Source: a virus. Taken from it: 64,000 bases of DNA. The stretch's first letter is position 1, and each line of letters opens with the position of its first letter. The notes beneath the pieces are model-generated. The model did no database searches and was not told where the DNA came from. It saw only the letters and a program-made list of their open reading frames with translations. The translations under genes and the position numbers were made by a program. Below are positions 56,369-64,000 of this stretch, piece after piece. The stretch lies in the IMG/VR virus record IMGVR_UViG_3300032050_010539. One strand, 5' to 3'.

Positions 56369-57415
56369 TTAGATAGAATCCCAACCGTCTACTACCTTAG
56401 CGGGGTTACGGTATATAACACCACTCTCAAAGAAGTTATCTCGAGTGATGGAGTCTTCACCAGTAGTAGCGGCGAATCTATCAAGGTGGGCGTAGGGATT
56501 GCGGCTATACTGGCGCCCCTCAAATACAATAGGTAAGCCTATTGCGCGGGCTCTAATATTACATAGATACTTAGCATATTGTTCAATAGTAGTAGCACTA
56601 ATACCATTCACACCAAGTCCAATATGGAGGCCCCATTCAATCTCATACTCAGCGGCCTTACGGAATAGATCCATAATCTCATCCGTATCCCACATGAGTG
56701 TACCCTCAGCTAGGCCGGTACGAATTATATTAGCGATTAATTTAAGGTGGGTCTGTTCATCACGCTCGATGAGCTTAATGATATCAGCTGTAGCGGACAT
56801 ATAGCGCTCATTAGCTATAGCGTAGAATAAGCGGAAGCCCGGAAAGAAGTATATACCCTCTAGTAAGAAATCAGCAACTATACTAATAGTATAATTCTCC
56901 ATAGTCATATCATGAATATACCTATCATAGAGACTCTGGATATACTCACAGCGCCTCAATAACACAGAATCCTCCCGCCATAACTCGTAGATATAATCTC
57001 GCTTATCCGTGGGGATTACAGTCTCGATAATATATGCGTATGACTGAGAGTGTACCTGTTCCTGTGATAACTGCTCGCCCATACATATACTAACCTCAGG
57101 TGCAGTAATAACAGGCATAAGTAGCGGTAACACGCGGGTCTGTAGACTATCCAAGAAAGTGAGATAGGATAACATACCATCGAAGGCCCGCCTCATATTA
57201 GGGGGCATCGTGACATAGTTATTAATATCAGGCGTGAGATCAGTAGCTTGAGGAATCCATATATTGGCCCTCATCTCTGTAAAGAGATGGCTGGCCCATT
57301 TGTATTTGACATCCTTTAGATTAATGATATTAGTGGGGTTACCACCAAATAATCTACGCTTCTGGGGGCTATCGTCACCATTGGGATTAAAGATAGGGGG
57401 GAGATGTACTTGCAT
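56369..57415 (-). CDS. nrdB: ribonucleotide reductase class I beta subunit
   Basis: W.P, LDSLQ, QEQVHSQSY, LEGIYF, IERDEQTH, NFFE. Confidence 0.93.
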   Translation of the reverse strand: MQVHLPPIFNPNGDDSPQKRRLFGGNPTNIINLKDVKYKWASHLFTEMRANIWIPQATDLTPDINNYVTMPPNMRRAFDGMLSYLTFLDSLQTRVLPLLMPVITAPEVSICMGEQLSQEQVHSQSYAYIIETVIPTDKRDYIYELWREDSVLLRRCEYIQSLYDRYIHDMTMENYTISIVADFLLEGIYFFPGFRLFYAIANERYMSATADIIKLIERDEQTHLKLIANIIRTGLAEGTLMWDTDEIMDLFRKAAEYEIEWGLHIGLGVNGISATTIEQYAKYLCNIRARAIGLPIVFEGRQYSRNPYAHLDRFAATTGEDSITRDNFFESGVIYRNPAKVVDGWDSI

Positions 57416-57419
57416 TAAT

Positions 57420-58214
57420 TTAACGTGGCTTAACCACGAATTGATATGGCTCGGGCCCCTCTGCTTTCAACAATACGTGACTGCTAGGTACGGTAGTATT
57501 GGCAGTAGAGCACAGTATATGAAGAGTATCAGCAGTTAGAGGTAACGAGGCACGTCTCTCAATTAATAAACTCTGGAGGGGTACTTCTAGTAGGAAATCT
57601 TCTATCTCTTCTAGAGTGGCATAACGCTGCTGATCTATAAAATATAGATCATATATTAAGAATATACCACTATATCTACCCCATACTACTAGATCTCCGC
57701 CCCATGCGCGCATACACGCTGATATAGTCGTGGTGTCATAATCAATACTTACGGGGCCAGAACCAAATACACCATCTATAACGTATAGAGCGCAGTCTTG
57801 ACCGAGGGGTAACTCATACCAACTATACATACCCAGGGCCCGCGCTTTGCTATAATCACTGCACTCGGTAAGGCGCGGGGCAGGTATAATAGCAGGCAGA
57901 GCCGTAGTAAGATAATCAATAGCTAGTTCCTGACTGACATCGTCTCCTAGTTGATAATTAGTGAAATTAGGAGGGGTCTGTAATATTAACCCCTGACTAG
58001 TATGGCCATTGTAACTACGTATCTTAACTCTATAGCCAGCTTTATAGGGCCCTAGCCCATTCCGTAGAATAGAGCCAGGGGCCACATAAATACATAGACT
58101 ACCGACTGCAAACAGTCCGCGTTGCACTATTACCTGGCGATGTTTAATTATAGCCAGCTCTATTGTATTGCCGAGAGGGCGGAGGGCACGGATCTCATCA
58201 ATATAAGCGTGCAT
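57420..58214 (-). CDS. RNA-ligase (DRB0094-family)-like protein, apparently degenerate
   Basis: N-terminal IELA...V.V..G.F.VG.LCIY, SQGLIL, GDDVS..L; motif I KxDG absent (YELPLG). Confidence 0.5.
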   Translation of the reverse strand: MHAYIDEIRALRPLGNTIELAIIKHRQVIVQRGLFAVGSLCIYVAPGSILRNGLGPYKAGYRVKIRSYNGHTSQGLILQTPPNFTNYQLGDDVSQELAIDYLTTALPAIIPAPRLTECSDYSKARALGMYSWYELPLGQDCALYVIDGVFGSGPVSIDYDTTTISACMRAWGGDLVVWGRYSGIFLIYDLYFIDQQRYATLEEIEDFLLEVPLQSLLIERRASLPLTADTLHILCSTANTTVPSSHVLLKAEGPEPYQFVVKPR

Positions 58215-58776
58215 CTTGGGGTGCTTTAGGTTCTACATTCGTGATTAAGCTCAACTCCTCTTTGAACTCAGCGGCTAGTTCTTGAAGCTCATCATCGAGC
58301 TCCTCCTCCTCCTCGTCGTCATAATCAGGTAACTCGAGTACCCAAGTAGTAGCAAGGCCCATTAACTTAGTAAACTTAGCATAGGCCTTCTGCCCATCCG
58401 GGTCACCTACTGTACGAGGGAGGGCCTTATAGACTAAGCTCCGGAGAGCCTGAAAGTCATCTCGACTGAGGATATTAAACTCGAAATCGGGGGCCTCTGG
58501 TAACTCAATAGTTAGTAGAATATCACGCAATAGAGCTAACTGAAGGGGCACATTACGGCGGGTACTATGTACAACATCTAGTAGAGTCTTACGCTCTAGT
58601 CTGTCATAGAAGGCTTTAGTAGCTAGCTCAGGTGTCTTATCCCCGGCTGCTACTGAGTTAATGAGAGTAGTGACATAACAATTGTCTTCTGCACCGAGTA
58701 GACTGATAGCGACATCAGTAGTGACTACCTTACCGGCGACCATATTAAAGACGTTACGTACGAGTTGATTATCCAT
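58198..58776 (-). CDS. hypothetical protein with acidic C-terminus (start probably 58776)
   Basis: GGAG RBS before MDNQ; DDEEEEELDDE tract. Confidence 0.6.
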   Translation of the reverse strand: MDNQLVRNVFNMVAGKVVTTDVAISLLGAEDNCYVTTLINSVAAGDKTPELATKAFYDRLERKTLLDVVHSTRRNVPLQLALLRDILLTIELPEAPDFEFNILSRDDFQALRSLVYKALPRTVGDPDGQKAYAKFTKLMGLATTWVLELPDYDDEEEEELDDELQELAAEFKEELSLITNVEPKAPQDARLY

Positions 58777-58828
58777 ATATCTCCAGATAGTGACAAAAAG
58801 GGGCGGCTCTCGCCACCCCAAGTAGGTG

Positions 58829-59077
58829 TTAGTGATTAGGTGGGGTCGTTGACTCTAGACCCCAATTCTTCTTGATGATAGCCTTGTATAGATTATCTCT
58901 AATCATTGCTTGCCTCATCATATCCTTGAGCATATGGCGAGTCTGCTCTAGCGACATCTTATCAATAGTATCTGCCGTAGCGCGCAGCCGTAATTCTTGC
59001 TCAAGTGTTAGTGAATTTGTATCCTTCGTATCCATTGGTACTTCTCCTAGTTTAACTAGCGCAGGATTGGCACTCAT
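58829..59077 (-). CDS. nblA: phycobilisome degradation protein NblA (RBS-supported start at 59035)
   Basis: LTLEQEL.L......KMSLEQ....L.DM.RQ.MIRDN.YK..IK..WGL signature. Confidence 0.92.
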   Translation of the reverse strand: MSANPALVKLGEVPMDTKDTNSLTLEQELRLRATADTIDKMSLEQTRHMLKDMMRQAMIRDNLYKAIIKKNWGLESTTPPNH

Positions 59078-61280
59078 TCTTCTCAGTTACCTTATCCTGC
59101 CATATACTCCGCACGTAATATAATGTCTTGAGGCCCTCACGCCACGCCTGCAGATAGACATCATTTAGATCCTTAGCAGTGGTTACGTAGTCGAGGCCAT
59201 AGGCATGTTCATTGAAGTTGAATAACAACTCAGTGCTGAGACCAGTATCTATCCATTTCTGAATAACTGCTGCAGCAGAGACTACGACACTGGGATGAGT
59301 ATAGCGGCTCTCTTGATAAAAGTGAAATGCTTCCTTGATATAGAGTGGGACAATGGTATTAATGCCCGCCCCATTCTTATCAATGGTAAGACGAGAGAAG
59401 ACAGGTAAGAAGGAGGCTGTGGTGCCCTGTACCAACGAGGTGCTGGAGTTAGGAGCAGTAGCCAGGATGTGAGAATTACGAATACCCGATACGATTATAC
59501 GCTCCATAAGGGCATACCATCTCTCGGGGTCGGTGCTATTATTGCTGACCCACTCCTTATCACGACCGCCTAGGATAAGACCCTTACTCCACTCACTACC
59601 AGGGAATGCAGGATAGGCCCCGCGCTCCTCTGCTAGTTCTACACTAGCCTGAGTAGTATAGAAGCAGATGTCTTCGAATAGTTTCTCTATGACATCGAGA
59701 TCCTGATACTTAAGGTGTCTAATAGCTAACCAGTCAGCCAGTCCCATGACACCTACACCTATGGTACGATAGCGGTTTACATGAGCGCGAGCCTCATAAG
59801 TAGGGCTAGTAGTAAGATCACATGCGGCATCTAATAGACGAACAGCCATACGGCTGACATCAGCCATCTCATCGTCAGTAATACGAGGTAATACTAACGA
59901 CAGAAGCATACAGCAATGTGAGTAGCTGCTATTGAATAAACTATATGACTCAACGCATAGGTTTACTCCACCGATAATACCCTCATGCTTATTAGGGTTA
60001 AGCGCATTAATGCGGTCTTTAAAAGCCACATAAGGAGTACCTGTCTCAAGTAGGAGCATCAGCATCTTCTTCCATATAGCCTTAGCGCTGACCTTTTTAA
60101 CTACGTCGAGCGGAGGAGCGGAGGAGTTGATATACGTTTCGATGACGTGATAGGCATTGGTAAATTCATCGCCGTACATATCAGCTAATTGATATCCAAA
60201 TACATTCTTGATTTCAGTAGGGCACACTAGGTACCAGTCCTCATCGAGAATTACTCGACGCATGAACTCATCAGAGATAATGAATTGCAGCAGGATATCA
60301 CGAGCCTTCGTATGTTCACTACCAGCATCACCCCGCAGGTCCATGTACTCAAGGAGGTCAGCATGCCATACGTCTATACCTACGGTACAGGCCCCTGCGC
60401 GTACACCGCGTTGATTAGTAGCGACGATGGTAGCATTGATAATCTTAATCCAAGGGCATACACCGCCACTGGCGCCCTTCTTCTTACGAATACGACTACC
60501 GCGGGCCCGCACCTTACTAATGCGTACGCCTACCCCACCGCCATTAGCACTCATTGCTGCTAGCTGAGAGATATTATCGAAGATACTCTCGCGACTATCA
60601 TCGATATCGATTATATGACAACTACTGAGGCTACCATCGGCCTGACGCAGATTACTCATAAGAGGAGTGGCCAGGCTGATCTTACCGAGGCTGAGTAGGT
60701 CATAGGTCTTATGAGCAAAGGTCATGCGCTCGTGGGCGGGCTCCAGCATACTGAGTAGTAGTGCTTGTGTTAGCCACATCTCCTGTAGTAACTCACCCTC
60801 TAGGAGATAACGCGAGACGAGAAGATCAGCGCCGCTTATATCAAAGCGCATATCGCGCTCTGGGTCTATCCAGGTGCCGGCTTCAGCAATGTCATTAGTA
60901 CTATACAAGTCTAAGAAGTTCTTTATTAGGTCTCCTTCATAGAAGCCCTCAGACCTCAGGTACTCGAAGGCCACTGGATAATTACCATAGAGATAGCCGC
61001 GGCGGGCCTTAACCTTACGCCGCCAATCCCACATACGAAGGCGACCACTGACCTTCAGCCAATCAGGGTAATGCAAATCGGCTAATTCAGCTGCTGATCT
61101 AATCAGACCATTCTGTATCGCTTCTGTAGTGATATCATCATTAAAGCGACGACTAAGTCGCCGAGATAACTTATAGGGATCTACCTCTAGGCCCTCGCAG
61201 GCCCAGTTAATTACCTCGATAGCGCGATTGGGATCATACGGGCTTACTCTACCATCTGTGTGTATAACGTTGATTTGCAT
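59052..61280 (-). CDS. nrdA: ribonucleotide reductase class I alpha subunit
   Basis: N-terminal ATP cone, ATP.M.N, SSC, GGGVG, Q.G.R.GA, NLCVE, APNSSTS, KTLYY, C-terminal CQSC. Confidence 0.95.
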   Translation of the reverse strand: MQINVIHTDGRVSPYDPNRAIEVINWACEGLEVDPYKLSRRLSRRFNDDITTEAIQNGLIRSAAELADLHYPDWLKVSGRLRMWDWRRKVKARRGYLYGNYPVAFEYLRSEGFYEGDLIKNFLDLYSTNDIAEAGTWIDPERDMRFDISGADLLVSRYLLEGELLQEMWLTQALLLSMLEPAHERMTFAHKTYDLLSLGKISLATPLMSNLRQADGSLSSCHIIDIDDSRESIFDNISQLAAMSANGGGVGVRISKVRARGSRIRKKKGASGGVCPWIKIINATIVATNQRGVRAGACTVGIDVWHADLLEYMDLRGDAGSEHTKARDILLQFIISDEFMRRVILDEDWYLVCPTEIKNVFGYQLADMYGDEFTNAYHVIETYINSSAPPLDVVKKVSAKAIWKKMLMLLLETGTPYVAFKDRINALNPNKHEGIIGGVNLCVESYSLFNSSYSHCCMLLSLVLPRITDDEMADVSRMAVRLLDAACDLTTSPTYEARAHVNRYRTIGVGVMGLADWLAIRHLKYQDLDVIEKLFEDICFYTTQASVELAEERGAYPAFPGSEWSKGLILGGRDKEWVSNNSTDPERWYALMERIIVSGIRNSHILATAPNSSTSLVQGTTASFLPVFSRLTIDKNGAGINTIVPLYIKEAFHFYQESRYTHPSVVVSAAAVIQKWIDTGLSTELLFNFNEHAYGLDYVTTAKDLNDVYLQAWREGLKTLYYVRSIWQDKVTEKNECQSCAS

Positions 61281-61281
61281 A

Positions 61282-61716
61282 TTATTGTTGCTGGCTGTTT
61301 CTTATGCTATTTAATAGATCGAGCCGTTCTTGCTCTTCTGCAAACTCCTCAGTAGACAGATCTACCTCTCTACGGAACTCTTCCTCTAGTGTGCTATCTA
61401 CGATAGTTAGTCGTCCATCAAATAGAGCTGGAGCACCAGTAGGAGTATAATTATTGTTAATCCCCATACTAACATCACTGCCCATATCACTATGCCCATC
61501 AGTATGACGCGGGACACTATAGAAAATGTCATTCCTAGATTGCTGGGGCATATAACCCGCATCCTTAAGATGCTTACTCATATACTCATTGATAACTTGC
61601 AGAGCCTGCTTGAGACTAGCTATACTACTTGTCAACTCTGATAGCGTCATATTCGCTAATTGTGCCTTATTCGGTGGTGTCACCTTATACTGAGGTTGTG
61701 TTGTCTTGTTTGTCAT
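61282..61716 (-). CDS. hypothetical protein, 144 aa
   Basis: Packed ORF. Confidence 0.6.
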   Translation of the reverse strand: MTNKTTQPQYKVTPPNKAQLANMTLSELTSSIASLKQALQVINEYMSKHLKDAGYMPQQSRNDIFYSVPRHTDGHSDMGSDVSMGINNNYTPTGAPALFDGRLTIVDSTLEEEFRREVDLSTEEFAEEQERLDLLNSIRNSQQQ

Positions 61717-62771
61717 ACATGCTCGTCGTTAATTGTTTCTTCGGTGTCATCACCTGCTGCGTTGTCTTGGTACTCCGACAACTGACTGTAAATAGAATCT
61801 AGCATACTCTGGTTAATACCAGCACGAACTGCTGCTAGGCCCTGAAACTTAGTACCATCAGGTAGGGTATAGAAGGCCCCACTACGAGTAACTATACCAG
61901 TCTTAACAGCCTGACGTACAATGTCGCCCACTAGATCCACGCCCGCCAGCAGGTTCCCATTGGGGCCTGTATAGGGTAATAGTAAATCTAACTCTGCCTC
62001 ACGAAAGGGGATAGCTACTCTATTCTTAGTGTTCTTGACTGTAATAGTCATACCAGTTATAACGCCCCGCTGTTTAAGGGGATCTCCTCGTCCTAGCCGT
62101 AGTTGTATAGCAGCATTATAGGCCAGGGCCTTACCACCAGTGGAGCCGACGGGGGCCCCATAACTACCTACCTTAGTGCGATACTGATTAATCAACACTA
62201 CGGTAGCACCAGTCTTATTAGCAGCATTAACTACTTGAGGTAACTTCTTACTAAGCAGACGGGCCAATTGAGCAACAGTAGCATCAGCAGAGCCCTTCTC
62301 CATCTCAACAGCGGATATCATATTCGCTACTGAATCAATAACGACTATTTTGACTAGACCACTGTTTAATAGAGTAATAAGACTATCCATACCCTCCTCC
62401 CCTGTATCGGGGCGGAACATGGCTATCCGATCCATATCCATACCCATCATCCTGGCATAACCAACCTCGAATGACTTCTCGTGATCTAACCACGCTGCCC
62501 AGTATCCCTTAGCCTGTAATAGACTAACGCACTGTTTCATAAGTGTGGTCTTACCTACACTAGTCTCACCTGCAATCTCTACTATTTTACCTGCGGGCCA
62601 CCCACCTCCTAATACATAGTCCAATGAGAATATACCACTGGGTATAAAAGTAGTAGGCTCGATAGAACTAGTAGAGCCGAGGCCCCCCATGTAATTAAGG
62701 CACTTTGCTCTAAGCTCAGTATCTAGCTTTCGAGCAAGCTTAAGTTGCTCTGAGATTTCATTCTTAGCCAT
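61713..62771 (-). CDS. recA: RecA recombinase
   Basis: SG...LD..LGGG.P.G.IVEI.G...GKTT, IDSVA, INQYR.K.G, GG.AL. Confidence 0.93.
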   Translation of the reverse strand: MAKNEISEQLKLARKLDTELRAKCLNYMGGLGSTSSIEPTTFIPSGIFSLDYVLGGGWPAGKIVEIAGETSVGKTTLMKQCVSLLQAKGYWAAWLDHEKSFEVGYARMMGMDMDRIAMFRPDTGEEGMDSLITLLNSGLVKIVVIDSVANMISAVEMEKGSADATVAQLARLLSKKLPQVVNAANKTGATVVLINQYRTKVGSYGAPVGSTGGKALAYNAAIQLRLGRGDPLKQRGVITGMTITVKNTKNRVAIPFREAELDLLLPYTGPNGNLLAGVDLVGDIVRQAVKTGIVTRSGAFYTLPDGTKFQGLAAVRAGINQSMLDSIYSQLSEYQDNAAGDDTEETINDEHV

Positions 62772-62854
62772 ATTTATATCTCAATAAATTAACACTCCGC
62801 TCACGCGCGCTGCAAGACTAATCGTATAGCCAGAGAACGCGCGGGGCTCTATTT

Positions 62855-63349
62855 CTAATTGTGGGCCTCTACCGTATCTGCAAATAACATAGCATCAAGT
62901 GCACGTATCATTGTATATTTATGCGGCGTGAGTAAACCTGACATAACTATAGTAACCAGAAGTATTATAATAGTCTCAAGATAAATACAAGGGCGACGCC
63001 GATACCTAGATAAGCTAATGGTTTTATAAATAGGCACGACGTCAGATAATACCATGTCCCCTACCACCATGTCTTCTATGCGGCGCAGGAACAGGGCAAG
63101 GTTATTCGTCTTATCTATCTTCTGTATATGGATAAGCCTATATACGGCGGGCAAGGATATAATAGGTATATCCCTTGCACCATTAGTATCAGTAATAGTA
63201 AAGGTAGCGCACTCCTTAGGATTTAGCGCCTCTGTGCTACGGAGGCCTAATACATTGAGTATGTCGTCCTTTACAAACCAGGGTTGCTTACATTTGATAA
63301 TTACCCGTATCACGGTACTATTAAAGATGTAAGTTCTTATGTTAGGCAT
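62855..63349 (-). CDS. Bro-N domain antirepressor-like protein
   Basis: F....IRVI.....PWFV..D...VLGL...IIS...VYRLI. Confidence 0.8.
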   Translation of the reverse strand: MPNIRTYIFNSTVIRVIIKCKQPWFVKDDILNVLGLRSTEALNPKECATFTITDTNGARDIPIISLPAVYRLIHIQKIDKTNNLALFLRRIEDMVVGDMVLSDVVPIYKTISLSRYRRRPCIYLETIIILLVTIVMSGLLTPHKYTMIRALDAMLFADTVEAHN

Positions 63350-63432
63350 GGTTTATTAGATTACAGGCTATGGAGTGAAGAGCCTATCATTAACCATTAT
63401 TCTTTATGTGGTCTAATAGAGCCATAATTAGC

Positions 63433-63960
63433 CTAAGTAGTAAGCTTTGGTTTTATCCATAACGTCGATCCATCAGATGTCCAGCATAGAATCGCAAGCT
63501 CAGGCCACTTCATCTGCAGAGCTCGGAGCTCTGCAGATGAGAATACTGACTCCTGCCCTTCGTATCCAAGGATTTCATCTAAAGGCTTAACCTGATTGTT
63601 ACTGATATCATTGTTGTAAGCTAATGTGTGGGTTTTATTATCCATGCCGCGGATAGATAGCAACCACTTCTCGAAATCATCCGTAGGGCAATTATTATCC
63701 TCTAGAATTACAGCTAGATCATCTGCTGATACCCACAGTCTATCTGACTCCATGAGCTTTGAGTAAATACTACAATTGAGTACCTCCCCTAAGGACACAG
63801 CGTCTATATACACATTACTGTTATCAGCTAGTCCGTATACAACCCTGTCATTATAAATTGCCTTTAATTCTTCCTTGACATCCTCACCGCCGTAAACGGA
63901 CGGTGATTCCCAAACCTCACGATTTAGGTTTCTGCTTCTTTCCCTTGCGGGGTTCCGCAC
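63433..63960 (-). CDS. hypothetical protein, up to 175 aa
   Basis: ORF track; start uncertain. Confidence 0.55.
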   Translation of the reverse strand: MRNPARERSRNLNREVWESPSVYGGEDVKEELKAIYNDRVVYGLADNSNVYIDAVSLGEVLNCSIYSKLMESDRLWVSADDLAVILEDNNCPTDDFEKWLLSIRGMDNKTHTLAYNNDISNNQVKPLDEILGYEGQESVFSSAELRALQMKWPELAILCWTSDGSTLWIKPKLTT

Positions 63961-64000
63961 CTGCCTTAACAGATTTACTCTGTTCTGGTCTTATGGTCGC

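Noticed and set aside
1-64000. TAG stop-codon reassignment suggested by TAG/CTA richness
   Set aside because: Long genes are open in the standard code and several end at TAG

Overview
This is a 64-kb segment of a large lytic freshwater cyanophage. Gene content and order match my recollection of the Microcystis myoviruses Ma-LMM01/MaMV-DC (not checked by search). Bases 1-15.3 kb (+ strand) hold late/virion genes, including the terminase large subunit and a 2898-aa giant protein. Bases 15.6-64 kb (almost all - strand) hold replication, recombination and metabolism genes: Cas4-like nuclease, RuvC-like resolvase, radical SAM, primase, Pif1/RecD and UvsW helicases, clamp loader and clamp, UDG, split family-A polymerase, dUTPase, phoH, rIIB/rIIA, nrdB, nblA, nrdA, recA and Bro-N. 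Four regions are not explained by ordinary annotation. (1) A 7.1-kb tandem array (24.35-31.45 kb) of about 35 paralogous, module-shuffled 45-95-aa micro-ORFs chained by a conserved dual-frame overlap (YFDEDD*/MKMIN). (2) An AT-rich island (34.9-37.3 kb) with a promoter-driven ~200-nt tRNA-like RNA, tRNA-Tyr, an orphan antitoxin, and three degenerate cyanobacterial type I-D-like CRISPR repeats bracketing small ORFs (candidate RNA anti-CRISPR / mini-array plus Acr locus). (3) An OMEGA (IsrB) cluster (43.2-46.9 kb) with three omegaRNAs, a tandem array of omegaRNA 5' ends, and one element whose isrB is replaced by an unrelated ORF. (4) A frameshifted class II aaRS-like/MazG-like fusion. All calls come from reading motifs by eye; no searches were run.
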